Positions 18,437 to 28,601 are shown, counted from the stretch's first letter. The stretch: DNA of 59,295 nt from Bacteroidia bacterium (GCA_041688385.1 JBDNIH010000127.1:1-59295), one strand, 5' to 3'. Numbers and translations: made by a program. The notes: generated by a model from the sequence alone, not told the origin.

Positions 18437-20032
18437 ATGATGCACGAAAAATTTGATTTCATTGTAATTGGCTCAGGCATAGCCGGATTAAGCTTTGGTT
18501 TAAAAGCCGCACAACTGGGCAGGGTCTGTATTATCACCAAAAGTGATGAGGATGAATCCAACACGAAATATGCCCAAGGCGGTGTAGCCGTCGTAACCGA
18601 TCTACTCAAAGACAGCTTCGAAAAACACATTGCCGATACCCTCGACTGCGGCGATGGTGCTTGTGACGAGGGGGTTGTTGAGTTCGTTATCAAAGAAGGC
18701 CCTGCCAGAATACAAGAAATCATTGCTATGGGTGCCCGATTTGACCAAAACGAAGCTGGAAATTACGATCTGGCCCGTGAAGGTGGTCACAGCGTGCACC
18801 GCGTGCTGCACCACAAAGACATGACTGGCTTTGAAATTGAAAGAACCCTGCTCGAAAAGGTCTATGCCAATCCAAACATTACCCTCTACAGCCATAAGTT
18901 CGTTGTCGACCTGATCACCCAGCACCACCTAGGGGTAGAGGTAAACAAAAAGACCGAAAATATTTGTTGTTACGGCGTGTATGTGCTGAACACAACAACC
19001 AACCTAATCGAAACCATACTCGCCAATTCGGTATTATTAGCTACCGGAGGGGCAGGCCATGTGTATCAAACCACCACCAACCCAGTAATAGCCACCGGAG
19101 ATGGTATTGCCATGGCCTACCGAGCCAAAGCCAAACTTCGCAATATGGAATTTATCCAGTTCCATCCTACCGCGCTATACAATCCTGGCGAACATCCTGC
19201 TTTTTTGATCAGCGAAGCAGTACGTGGTTATGGCGGCATCCTCAAAAACCGCGATGGAAAGGAATTCATGCACAAATACGACAAGCGAAAATCGTTAGCA
19301 CCCCGCGATATTACCGCCCGTGCCATTGACAATGAACTCAAAAAAAATGGCAATGATTATGTTTTGCTAGACTGTCGGCATATTCCCGAAGACATTATGC
19401 GCTCGCATTTCCCTAATATCTACCAAAAGTGCTTGAGCATGGGTATAGATATGCGCAAAGAGGGGGTCCCGGTTGCGCCTGCCATGCACTATTTAGTAGG
19501 CGGGATACGCGTCGACGATTTTGGCCGGACCAATATTCAACAACTGTACGCTTGTGGTGAATGCGCCTCTACTGGCTTACACGGTGCTAATCGTCTGGCA
19601 TCCAACAGCTTATTAGAAGCAACTGTTTTTGCAGACCGCATTTACGAGGCCATTCGCACCACACATACAGCTCTTAGCTGGCAGGAAAACATACCTGATT
19701 GGAATGATTCTGGAACGGCCGAGCCCGACGAATTAGTGCTTATCAGTCAAAATTTGAAAGAAACGCAGGCCATAATGAACTCTTATGTGGGTATTGTTCG
19801 TAACCAAACACGCCTGACGCGGGCTTGGGAGCGACTTGAGATTCTCCACAAAGAAACAGAACGGCTTTATACGGAAACCAAATTATCCGTACAACTACTG
19901 GAACAACGCAACATCTTAAAAGTAGCTTATACCATCGTAAAGTGCGCGCGTTTACGTGAAGAAAGCCGTGGGCTGCATTACACGACCGACTACCCTAAAA
20001 AGGCTGAAATATTCAAGGATACCGTTATTTGA
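18437..20032 (+). CDS. nadB: L-aspartate oxidase
   Basis: FAD motif DFIVIGSGIAGLS and the C-terminal ESRGLHYTTDYP are present. The ATG at 18437 is chosen. Confidence 0.95.
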   Translation: MMHEKFDFIVIGSGIAGLSFGLKAAQLGRVCIITKSDEDESNTKYAQGGVAVVTDLLKDSFEKHIADTLDCGDGACDEGVVEFVIKEGPARIQEIIAMGARFDQNEAGNYDLAREGGHSVHRVLHHKDMTGFEIERTLLEKVYANPNITLYSHKFVVDLITQHHLGVEVNKKTENICCYGVYVLNTTTNLIETILANSVLLATGGAGHVYQTTTNPVIATGDGIAMAYRAKAKLRNMEFIQFHPTALYNPGEHPAFLISEAVRGYGGILKNRDGKEFMHKYDKRKSLAPRDITARAIDNELKKNGNDYVLLDCRHIPEDIMRSHFPNIYQKCLSMGIDMRKEGVPVAPAMHYLVGGIRVDDFGRTNIQQLYACGECASTGLHGANRLASNSLLEATVFADRIYEAIRTTHTALSWQENIPDWNDSGTAEPDELVLISQNLKETQAIMNSYVGIVRNQTRLTRAWERLEILHKETERLYTETKLSVQLLEQRNILKVAYTIVKCARLREESRGLHYTTDYPKKAEIFKDTVI

Positions 20033-21599
20033 CCCATCCCGCTAGGCTTAGCTCTACTTCCCAATTCGCCCGCAAGCGTACCAAATCAGGTGCATTCCAC
20101 AACATTTCAGGTTGCCGTCGCAGCAGGTAGCTTCCTGTGTCGAAACGGCCATTGTTGTTTGCATCGCGTACCACCCGTAGTTTATAACCTATGGCACGTA
20201 ATTTATCAAACCGAATACTGGACTCCCCCTTCCATTTGGCTTGCACCTTCAGTTTTCCTTGCTCGTCAAACAGCTGAATAAGATCGCCTGGCTGGAGGCT
20301 ATCCAGCTCATTCAAAATGAGCGAACCAAACAGCTCTGCATTTCCACTATTTAGCACCAAGCGGAAAGTATCCGAGGGCATCCCGAAAAGATCTATCAAT
20401 GCAGCACTGTCTATAAACAATTCATACCTGCTGTCGGGCGCAAATTCCGGATAAACCGTTAAACGCGTGCCATTTAACAGTAATTTGAACGGCAAATTCA
20501 CCACCGTTGTGTCCATTTTCCACGTGAAACGTGTGGTATCAATCGTTTGAATGGGGTGGTTCGTAATGAGCTCAAGCGGTTCGTAAATGGAGGGGGTACT
20601 ACTGGCTAGTTTCTGCAACGTCAGTTTAGCATAACCCTTTTCCCCGAGTTTACGGTTAACCACTTTTAAGGTATCCGTTGACGTTGGCTTTTCTATCAAA
20701 AAACGAAGGGTGTCCGCTTCTTTTTCGAGATGGAACAGCATTAAGCTATCCCCATTAATTTGCCAAGTGAAGGCTGCGCTACTGTTCTGCATAACAACCT
20801 TTGTAGCTGTATCCAACGGTAAAGCGTACTTCACCCGAACTTGTCCCGGCGAAATGCTCCTTACTTCTTTAGGTTTGCGGTCGGATTCAGGATCATTAAA
20901 CAAAATCAGCTTAAAGTTTGAGCCAAGTGAGTCTGTTGCAATAGCGGAATCGAGAAAAGCGACAGCCTCAGTGGCTTGGTAAAGCAGATTATTATTGTCG
21001 TCTTTAAAAGCAAATAACCGAAAACGACCATATTTCAGGTTTTCAAGTGAAAAATACCCGTCACTATTTGTTTTGGCGAAATAAAAAGGCTTGATTTTGT
21101 ATAGGGCCGAGTCACCTTGCGCTTCAGGATATAAGCCCACCAAAACATCCGCTTCACCTGTCCTTTTTTCTGCCAAAAGGACTTGACCGGTAATTTTTAA
21201 AGAATCAAGGAAATCGCCGGTACTAAAGACATAACGAAAATTCGTTTGTTTGTTATTTTCAGTAATATCAGCAATTGAACTGGCAAAATTAATAGTGTAT
21301 GTGGTGTTTTCGCTTAGGCTTTGCCCTTTCAAGTCTACGTAAACCGAACGATAACGCTCCTTTATCTCGGGTTTTACTTCGAGACTAGGCGAAATCAAAA
21401 TCTGCTGTGGGCTCTGAATTTTGATATATTCATTAAAATCAATACGAATGGGTTCGCCTTTATACAAAATTGTATAATTGGCAGGACTGGAGCTCACATA
21501 TTCAGGCGGAGCTTTATCCGGTTCTCCACCTGTGGGCGGCACCACATTGGCACATGCCATCATCAACCCAATCAAGGCCAAAAAGGCAAAAAACCTCAT
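20025..21599 (-). CDS. Ig-like (SbsA/Big_5-type) domain lipoprotein, function unknown
   Basis: 524 aa. The signal peptide has lipobox LMMAC, followed by VVPPTGGEPDKAPPEY, typical of this Bacteroidota family. Confidence 0.65.
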   Translation of the reverse strand: MRFFAFLALIGLMMACANVVPPTGGEPDKAPPEYVSSSPANYTILYKGEPIRIDFNEYIKIQSPQQILISPSLEVKPEIKERYRSVYVDLKGQSLSENTTYTINFASSIADITENNKQTNFRYVFSTGDFLDSLKITGQVLLAEKRTGEADVLVGLYPEAQGDSALYKIKPFYFAKTNSDGYFSLENLKYGRFRLFAFKDDNNNLLYQATEAVAFLDSAIATDSLGSNFKLILFNDPESDRKPKEVRSISPGQVRVKYALPLDTATKVVMQNSSAAFTWQINGDSLMLFHLEKEADTLRFLIEKPTSTDTLKVVNRKLGEKGYAKLTLQKLASSTPSIYEPLELITNHPIQTIDTTRFTWKMDTTVVNLPFKLLLNGTRLTVYPEFAPDSRYELFIDSAALIDLFGMPSDTFRLVLNSGNAELFGSLILNELDSLQPGDLIQLFDEQGKLKVQAKWKGESSIRFDKLRAIGYKLRVVRDANNNGRFDTGSYLLRRQPEMLWNAPDLVRLRANWEVELSLAGWVK

Positions 21600-22483
21600 G
21601 TTTTACGGAAGATGTAAATCTGACTCGAGCACCGGTCTTTCTGCATCAGGCTATTCAGCCACGATACAAAGCCAAACCAAGCGCCTCGAACCAAGCGAGG
21701 CCGTCCAGATTTATACTGTTCGCTCAGCAAGGCAATATAAAATGGATCAAAAGGCATCCAGTGCGCACGCTCACTTATAAAGCCCTCTCTTTCAAATAGT
21801 TGACGAATAGCCGTTGGGGTAAAATGATACAAGTGCCGCGGTACATCATAGGCCGCCCAATAAGGACCATACCTCTGGGCATCGTCACTTTCAGGGTTTG
21901 GTACAGCAATCACAGCTATTCCTCCCGGCTCCAATAATGTATACAATTTAGCCACGCGCTCCTGAAGTTCATGCACATGCTCAAGCACATGCCACATCGT
22001 AATCACATTAACCGGCGGGTGATCCAGTAATGCAGATTCATCAGCCGTTTTTAATCCTCTATCCGCTGCCAATTTGCGGGCATCTGCCTCTGGCTCAATC
22101 GCCATTACTTCCCAGCCAAATTGTTGCATATGTGCTGCAAAAGCACCCGTGCCCGCGCCGATATCGATTAATTTACGCCCACGCGCATATTTTGCTACCA
22201 AACCAGCCTTGTTACCCAAGGTAATTTTGCGAACCGCCCGGTAAATCTTATTGATCAAGCCCGGTGCAGCTTCATCACTATGCGAAACATAGGTATCCGA
22301 CTTATAATACGGCCAAATGGCCACGGCATCAGGACGGGGATCCGTAAAAATGAGTGTGCAGTGGCTACAGCGCTTCAGTTGAAACGTTTCGCCACTCACG
22401 GTGTAATCCTTACACGATAAGAATGCTGCCGTATTTGTGCTGTTACAGGCTGGACAGCCCTTTAAAACTTCCATCCTGCTCAT
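21596..22483 (-). CDS. class I SAM-dependent methyltransferase with an N-terminal Cys4 zinc-ribbon-like motif
   Basis: CPACNS...CSHC at the N-terminus and the SAM motif LIDIGAGTGAF. It has 4-nt overlaps with both neighbours. Confidence 0.8.
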   Translation of the reverse strand: MSRMEVLKGCPACNSTNTAAFLSCKDYTVSGETFQLKRCSHCTLIFTDPRPDAVAIWPYYKSDTYVSHSDEAAPGLINKIYRAVRKITLGNKAGLVAKYARGRKLIDIGAGTGAFAAHMQQFGWEVMAIEPEADARKLAADRGLKTADESALLDHPPVNVITMWHVLEHVHELQERVAKLYTLLEPGGIAVIAVPNPESDDAQRYGPYWAAYDVPRHLYHFTPTAIRQLFEREGFISERAHWMPFDPFYIALLSEQYKSGRPRLVRGAWFGFVSWLNSLMQKDRCSSQIYIFRKT

Positions 22484-24348
22484 TTATTGAGGTACACCAT
22501 TAAAATAGAAATGTCTGCCGGCGAAATTCCACTAATGCGCGAGGCTTGGCCTAAAGAAATAGGCTTCAACTTACTCAATTTCTCTCTCGCTTCTTTCGAC
22601 ATAGCAGTAATTTGATAATAGTCGTAATCTTCACGCATACGGATATCATCTAAATGACTCATTTTTTGGGCTAATTCATGTTCTTTTTCAATATAAGGGG
22701 CATATTTCAGTTGAATTTCTGCTTCTTCTACCGCTTCCACAGGATAATCTGCCAAAAAACTATTCAGCAGCTCGCTGCCTTTACGTAAATCCCTCAACCC
22801 TAGTTGTGGCCGCATCAAAAGGCCATCGAGTTTCACCTTTTGGGTTAACACCGGCGTCTCCAACGCTTCCAAAACAGGATTCATTTCTTCAGGCTCTACA
22901 GATAACTTTTGAAGGTATTTGGTAATTGAAACCGTTTGTGACAATTTCTCCTGAACATCCACCCAGCGCTGTTCAGGTAACAAGCCCAAGGCATGACCCA
23001 GCTCACTTAAACGCAAATCTGCGTTGTCTTGTCTTAATAAAATGCGGTACTCTGCACGTGACGTAAACATACGATAAGGCTCGTCTGTGCCCTTGTTCAC
23101 GAGGTCATCAATCAGCACACCGATATAAGCATCTGAACGCTTCAACAAAAAGGAATCCTTACCGAACACCCGATTGTGGGCATTTATGCCCGCCATCAAA
23201 CCCTGACAAGCCGCCTCTTCGTAACCCGTTGTGCCATTAATCTGTCCGGCGAAAAACAAGTTTTGAATTGCTTTGGTTTGTAAGGTGGGGAAAAGCTGGG
23301 TAGGCGGAAAATAGTCATATTCTATCGCATAACCCGGTCGGAACATTTTAGCCTGTTCAAAACCAGGTATGCTATTTAATGCTTGCTGCTGTACATCCTC
23401 TGGTAATGAAGTTGAAAAGCCGTTTACATAAACCTCTACGGTAGTCCAACCTTCGGGCTCCACAAAAATCTGATGCCGGTCTCTTTCAGCGAAACGATTT
23501 ATTTTATCTTCAATAGAAGGGCAATACCGCGGACCGAGTCCTTGAATCCGGCCGGCATACATGGGTGATCTATCGAAGCCTGTTTTTAGAATATCATGAA
23601 CTTCTGTGTTGGTGTAAGTAATCCAACAGGAGCGTTGTTTGGTCAGCGCTTTGGTTTCGCGGCTGTACGAAAATTTTCCCGGTTGTTCGTCGCCAGCTTG
23701 TTCTTCCATTTTGCTGTAATCGAGCGAGCGGCCGTCAATACGTGGCGGTGTGCCCGTTTTCATACGTCCAGCTTCAAAACCCAACTCAACCAACTGTTCC
23801 GTAATACCGGTAGCCGCCTTCTCTCCGCTCCTACCTCCTCCAAATCGTTTTTCACCGATATGTATAATTCCGTTCAGGAATGTTCCGTTGGTTAAAACCA
23901 CCGATCGGCACGGAAAATGTATACCCATCGCTGTTACAACCCCTACTACCTGATCGTTTATAACGTCAAGCTTCACGACAGTATCTTGCCAAAAATCTAC
24001 GTTGGGCGTCTGCTCTAACATGGTCCGCCATTCCTGAGCAAACAACATGCGGTCGTTTTGGGTGCGCGGACTCCACATGGCAGGCCCCTTAGAGCGATTA
24101 AGCATACGGAACTGTATCGCCGAACGATCACTCACTATGCCCGAGTATCCACCCAAAGCATCTATCTCCCGCACAATCTGTCCCTTAGCCACGCCGCCCA
24201 TTGCGGGGTTACAGGACATCTGGGCAATGGTTTGCATATTCATCGTGATGAGCAAGACCTTCGAGCCCATATTGGCAGCGGCAGCGGCTGCCTCACAACC
24301 AGCATGACCAGCACCCACTACAATTATATCGTATACTTGTTTATTCAA
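22480..24348 (-). CDS. mnmG: tRNA uridine-5-carboxymethylaminomethyl modification enzyme MnmG (GidA)
   Basis: 622 aa. YDIIVVGAGHAGCEAA is present and the sequence is GidA-like over the full length. The only available start is the TTG at 24348. Confidence 0.97.
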   Translation of the reverse strand: MNKQVYDIIVVGAGHAGCEAAAAAANMGSKVLLITMNMQTIAQMSCNPAMGGVAKGQIVREIDALGGYSGIVSDRSAIQFRMLNRSKGPAMWSPRTQNDRMLFAQEWRTMLEQTPNVDFWQDTVVKLDVINDQVVGVVTAMGIHFPCRSVVLTNGTFLNGIIHIGEKRFGGGRSGEKAATGITEQLVELGFEAGRMKTGTPPRIDGRSLDYSKMEEQAGDEQPGKFSYSRETKALTKQRSCWITYTNTEVHDILKTGFDRSPMYAGRIQGLGPRYCPSIEDKINRFAERDRHQIFVEPEGWTTVEVYVNGFSTSLPEDVQQQALNSIPGFEQAKMFRPGYAIEYDYFPPTQLFPTLQTKAIQNLFFAGQINGTTGYEEAACQGLMAGINAHNRVFGKDSFLLKRSDAYIGVLIDDLVNKGTDEPYRMFTSRAEYRILLRQDNADLRLSELGHALGLLPEQRWVDVQEKLSQTVSITKYLQKLSVEPEEMNPVLEALETPVLTQKVKLDGLLMRPQLGLRDLRKGSELLNSFLADYPVEAVEEAEIQLKYAPYIEKEHELAQKMSHLDDIRMREDYDYYQITAMSKEAREKLSKLKPISLGQASRISGISPADISILMVYLNK

Positions 24349-24356
24349 TTTCTATA

Positions 24357-24372
24357 TGTTTCACGTGGAACA
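24357..24372. other. parS site (ParB-binding centromere-like sequence), copy 1
   Basis: TGTTTCACGTGGAACA. Its reverse complement TGTTCCACGTGAAACA equals the 16-bp parS consensus TGTTNCACGTGAAACA. Confidence 0.8.
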
Positions 24373-24393
24373 CGGTCGGGCCCGGCCCTTCCG

Positions 24394-24843
24394 CTACGGC
24401 TTCGGCGTGGCATAATGTTTCACGTGGAACAAACGAGCGGCTAGCGCTTCATTTTCGCTTTTACGCATCTGCACTGCTTCGGCATCGGCCTTATCGTCCT
24501 CACCCAGCAAGTGCAGCACCCCATGAATCATGACCCGGTGTAATTCGTCTGCAAAACTAACACGATTTTTCGTGGCGTTCTCACGTATTCGCTCAATGGA
24601 GAGATAAAGTTCTCCGCTAACGTCATTGTCATCCAGACAATAATTAAAAGTAATTATATCGGTATAATAGTCGTGTTGCAGGTGTTCTTTGTTGATTACC
24701 AATAAATACTCATCACTACAAAACACATAACTCAGTTCATTCGCCCTTTTCCCAGCAGCGGCACATTGATCAATAATCCATGACTTGAGGTGTTTCTGAT
24801 CTAAAAGACGAAATTCGATTTCGTGCGTAAAAAATCGAATCAT
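24394..24843 (-). CDS. ybeY: rRNA maturation endoribonuclease YbeY
   Basis: 149 aa with the metal motif MIHGVLHLLGEDD. Confidence 0.9.
   Translation of the reverse strand: MIRFFTHEIEFRLLDQKHLKSWIIDQCAAAGKRANELSYVFCSDEYLLVINKEHLQHDYYTDIITFNYCLDDNDVSGELYLSIERIRENATKNRVSFADELHRVMIHGVLHLLGEDDKADAEAVQMRKSENEALAARLFHVKHYATPKP
24416..24431. other. parS site, copy 2 (inside the last codons of ybeY)
   Basis: Identical 16-mer TGTTTCACGTGGAACA. With the preceding A it forms a 17-bp direct repeat of copy 1. Confidence 0.8.
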
Positions 24844-25253
24844 GTTTCTTCGTTCAATTTCAAACTAAATTTTATTGCTTTCGCCTCGTTACAATAGGAC
24901 AATCCATTTGTGAATGCTTGCAGAAAATACACGCCACGCCCGCCTTCTTTCTCCCTGTTCTCTAGGGTAGTTGGGTCTACCATCAAGCTCAGATTAAAAC
25001 CAGGGCCTTGGTCGCTGATGCAAAAAAACAACTCTGCCACATCCGCATTGTATCGGTAATCGATAATCACCGTCTTTTCCGGGTCGCTGTGGTTGCCGTG
25101 GATTATGGCATTCTGTATTGCCTCAGAAAGCACCAGGCGCGTCTTAAAAACATCCTCCACACTCATCGACGCACATTCCTTCAGCTTCTCGATAAGCGTA
25201 TCGATGACTTGTAAATTGGCGCTCTCAGAGCGTATTACAATGCGGCCTTCCAT
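24840..25253 (-). CDS. SpoIIAB/RsbW-like HATPase (anti-sigma regulatory serine kinase-like), orphan
   Basis: 137 aa. N-box EAIQNAIIHG, G1 DQGPGF and G2 GGRGVYF are present. No STAS partner or sigma gene is adjacent. Confidence 0.72.
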   Translation of the reverse strand: MEGRIVIRSESANLQVIDTLIEKLKECASMSVEDVFKTRLVLSEAIQNAIIHGNHSDPEKTVIIDYRYNADVAELFFCISDQGPGFNLSLMVDPTTLENREKEGGRGVYFLQAFTNGLSYCNEAKAIKFSLKLNEET

Positions 25254-25254
25254 T

Positions 25255-28200
25255 TTATCGGTTGATTTGTAAAAAGTAAGTATCGACCTTGTCTTTATAA
25301 AAACTGTTCAGCTCTGGCGTTAGGGTTCGGTATAAGTCCACCGCCCTGTTCTTTTGCTTTCGATAAGCTTCAAAACCAGGGGGAGTTCCTTTAGGTGCTT
25401 CTTTGGCCGATTTGCTCTCACGCCTTTCTTCTTCGTCTCTTTCTCTTTCGGCTTTTTCAGACTCAAGCAAACGCGTCATGATCTCTTCTTGCCGGCGCAA
25501 GGTTTGTTGGCTCAGCATTTTATTCACGAGTTCCTTCTCTGTTTTTTCCATCTCCTTCGCCAGTCTGTCCAAATCACCCAAGGGCTTTTTTCCGTCCTTA
25601 TTATATTCTTCATTCAATTTTTGCAATTCGCGACGAATGGCCTCTTGGCGTGCAGCTGCCTCAGAAAACGCCTTGCTCTGGTTGCCCCGCTGACCTTTCT
25701 GACCCTGCTGACCTTTTTCACCTGGCTTTTGTCCATCCTTCATTTGCTGCATCTGCTGATTAAGTTCCTTCTGCAGCTGCGACAATTTAGACATGCCTGA
25801 TTTACCACTTTTACCTGGTTTCATACATTGCGACTCACTTCCGCTCTTCTTCGACTCCATCTCCGCCATCTCCTGCTGCATCTGCTTCAATATTTCAGAA
25901 AGCATTACCGCCAGATTATTGGCCGACGTCATCGCATACTGTTGACGAGACCTCGCCTGAGGTGTTTGCCGGTTAGAAAGATGGTCGACCATAATCTGGA
26001 GATGGTTATTCAAATCCCCAACTTCCTTATTCACGAAACTCTGAATTTGAATAACCCGCTTGCTTAAGGCAAGCAAACTGTCCGCTATCAAACCAACATC
26101 TTCCCGCAACTTAAACTGTTCTTTGCCAATATCCATATAGGCTTGGCTATAGTTGGTGTTTTCTTTAAGCCTGTCCATGAGTGCTTCTTGGGCAAAACTG
26201 AACTTCACCAGGTTTTCTAGTAGCTGTCGTAAGGCGCGAATATCAATTTCAAGCTGTTCTTTTTGCCCTGCTTGCATTTGCATGCGCATTTTTTTCGCCA
26301 GCTCCTCCATCTTTTTGGCTGTGTCTTTTTGCTTTTTTGAGGCTTGTTGTTGTTTCTTCTGCTTCAAATCAGCTGAAGAGGATTTCATTTCTTCGCTAAT
26401 CTCTTTGTTCTCTTCCTCCATACCGTCTAGATCTAACGGTTCCTCCAAAGCACCGTTTTTCTCTTTGAGCTCGTCCATCTCCTCCTTCAGTTCATCAAAC
26501 TTTTTGTTCAATTCTTCTTGTTTCTGAGCGGCGGTTTCTGCATCCGTCTTCTTCTCATTTTCTACAGCTAGTTTGTTTTGTTCATCAGCCAGCTTATCCA
26601 GCGCTTTGATGGCTTGTTCCACTTTTTGTTCCACCTCCATAGACTTGAAAAATTCCAACATCCTATCCAGCTCCTTGGCGATGTCCTTATTGTCCATTTT
26701 TAGCACGTCCAGCTTATCCTGCAATTGTGGTTGGTTCTCTTGCTGCATCATTTTCTGCAGCTCTTCCATTAGCTTTTTAAGATCGTCGTTCAGCAACTTC
26801 TCCACCATCTCCTTCAAAGCATCTTGCTTTTGTAGTATTTCTGCAGCATCAGGTTCTATTTCTTTTTTTAATTCAGATTGCTCCTGTAACTCGTTGCGAA
26901 CGTCCTTGAGCTGCTCTTCAATATTTGCTTCTCTCTTTTGAATTTGTTCGAGTAACTTTTTATCCTCCCAGCCAAGCGCCTTTTGGTCTTGTAGTTTTCG
27001 CTTTAATCTTTCGGCATCTTGCTGCAGCTGCTGTACCTCCTTCAACGATGATTTTAGCTTGTCGACAATAGCATCAGACTGTTTGCTGATTTCCTCACGT
27101 GTCTCCTTTTCGGTAAGCTGGCGGTAACTAAAAACATTTGACCGGCTTTTTTTAGAACCATGAATTTGGTCATTATCTCCTACTTCAAAATAATAAGACA
27201 GCTGATCACCAGCTTTGAGCTTTAGTGTTCGTAAGTCAAAATAATGGTAAAACGACTGACGCAAACCCCTACCCATATTTAGGTTCTGCTCAAAATTTCG
27301 TGTAACATTTCCCTTTTCATCTGAAATTTCAGTCTTGAATTTGAACGAGCCAAATCCATAATCATCCGCAATTTCACCACTGAAATACAACATTTTCTGA
27401 TCGCTCGAGTCACGCGCAGCTTCCAATTGGATAACCGGGAAAGCATCTTGAACAACACTTAATCTGTACTTCATAATTTCCGCATCCGGATTCATGGCAT
27501 TCACGGCGGTGATGCTATAATCGCTGCTGGAGCGTACAAGTTTTTGAAGCGCGAAATAATATCCGCTGTTTTTCCCTTCCAGTGTAGATGAATCAGCCTC
27601 ATAGAATAAAGACACGCCATCTACTGACTTCACATGAAATTCCCAACGAATATTTGTTCCCTCCGGCACCACAAGGTCGCCCGTATTGGTAAGCCGCTCA
27701 TCCTTCTTCCCAATGTATGCAGGATAATCTAAAACAACCTCAAACCGGCTTATTACTGGTTTGGGCAAAACTTTGAGCGTATAGGGAATAGAGTAAAACT
27801 TATTTGCAGCAAAACGAAAAGCCAAATCTTTCTGTAGCTCGCGGAAAACAAAACGAAATTGGTTGGCACCAATCTTTTCAAGTTTAAAGCGCCCCTTTTC
27901 TGTTTCTAGAAAAACTTCAGCAGGAAACTCCGTTCCGGTTAACTTTAACTGTACCGTATAATCTGCAAATTGAACCACCTCCAGGCCCTGGTTTTCCAAA
28001 ACAAAGTTAAAGGGTGCTATAGGTACAAAAGTCTCATTGTAACGCAGTACCCGTTGACCGGCATCCGTGATGATTGTCGGTGCCGCCAAAAGTACTACAC
28101 CAAAGACCAACAAGACCGGTACTAAATAGCGCAGATAACGTTTGTTTTGTTTAAAATCGATTACCTGCGCGAAAGGCAAAGGACGCAAAAACGCTGTTCG

Positions 28201-28599
28201 CTGCTCGATACTTGCAACCAAAAGCTCGTCATGAGGTAATTCTTCAGATTCCTTATATAACTGTATGGTATTCAATAATTTATCGGATACATCCGGGAAA
28301 AATTTACCAATTATCGCTGCTGCTTCTTCCCGACTAATACGCTTACCCAAACGGTTAAGTTTTGCATAAGGTAATACCAGGTATCTAACTAATATCCAAA
28401 TATTTATAATTATAAAAAATAAGAATAGCGCCGTCCGACCTGTTCTATCGAATTGTCCATAAAACTCCGTTGTTGAAACCAACAAATAACTCAGCAATAA
28501 CCAACTCAAAAACAATAGACTTCCTTTAATTATCTGATTCAGATAAAATTTACGGATGAAGCCGTCAAGTTTGTCGATCAATTGCTGATATGCATTCAT
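25255..28599 (-). CDS. large membrane-anchored coiled-coil protein (DUF4175-like), function unknown
   Basis: About 1114 aa from the ATG at 28599. There are three N-terminal TM helices, then a beta-rich segment of about 300 aa, then an E/K/Q-rich coiled coil of about 450 aa with a short G-X-Y x5 run (GEKGQQGQKGQRGNQ). The DUF name is from memory. Confidence 0.6.
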   Translation of the reverse strand: MNAYQQLIDKLDGFIRKFYLNQIIKGSLLFLSWLLLSYLLVSTTEFYGQFDRTGRTALFLFFIIINIWILVRYLVLPYAKLNRLGKRISREEAAAIIGKFFPDVSDKLLNTIQLYKESEELPHDELLVASIEQRTAFLRPLPFAQVIDFKQNKRYLRYLVPVLLVFGVVLLAAPTIITDAGQRVLRYNETFVPIAPFNFVLENQGLEVVQFADYTVQLKLTGTEFPAEVFLETEKGRFKLEKIGANQFRFVFRELQKDLAFRFAANKFYSIPYTLKVLPKPVISRFEVVLDYPAYIGKKDERLTNTGDLVVPEGTNIRWEFHVKSVDGVSLFYEADSSTLEGKNSGYYFALQKLVRSSSDYSITAVNAMNPDAEIMKYRLSVVQDAFPVIQLEAARDSSDQKMLYFSGEIADDYGFGSFKFKTEISDEKGNVTRNFEQNLNMGRGLRQSFYHYFDLRTLKLKAGDQLSYYFEVGDNDQIHGSKKSRSNVFSYRQLTEKETREEISKQSDAIVDKLKSSLKEVQQLQQDAERLKRKLQDQKALGWEDKKLLEQIQKREANIEEQLKDVRNELQEQSELKKEIEPDAAEILQKQDALKEMVEKLLNDDLKKLMEELQKMMQQENQPQLQDKLDVLKMDNKDIAKELDRMLEFFKSMEVEQKVEQAIKALDKLADEQNKLAVENEKKTDAETAAQKQEELNKKFDELKEEMDELKEKNGALEEPLDLDGMEEENKEISEEMKSSSADLKQKKQQQASKKQKDTAKKMEELAKKMRMQMQAGQKEQLEIDIRALRQLLENLVKFSFAQEALMDRLKENTNYSQAYMDIGKEQFKLREDVGLIADSLLALSKRVIQIQSFVNKEVGDLNNHLQIMVDHLSNRQTPQARSRQQYAMTSANNLAVMLSEILKQMQQEMAEMESKKSGSESQCMKPGKSGKSGMSKLSQLQKELNQQMQQMKDGQKPGEKGQQGQKGQRGNQSKAFSEAAARQEAIRRELQKLNEEYNKDGKKPLGDLDRLAKEMEKTEKELVNKMLSQQTLRRQEEIMTRLLESEKAERERDEEERRESKSAKEAPKGTPPGFEAYRKQKNRAVDLYRTLTPELNSFYKDKVDTYFLQINR

Positions 28600-28601
28600 T
28601 T

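Noticed and set aside
25354-26941. Plus-strand ORFs (148, 96, 79, 124 and 122 aa) antisense to the coiled-coil gene
   Set aside because: Their Ser/Phe/Leu/Cys-rich repetitive translations mirror the E/K/Q-rich coiled-coil codons on the other strand. I found no signals supporting expression.
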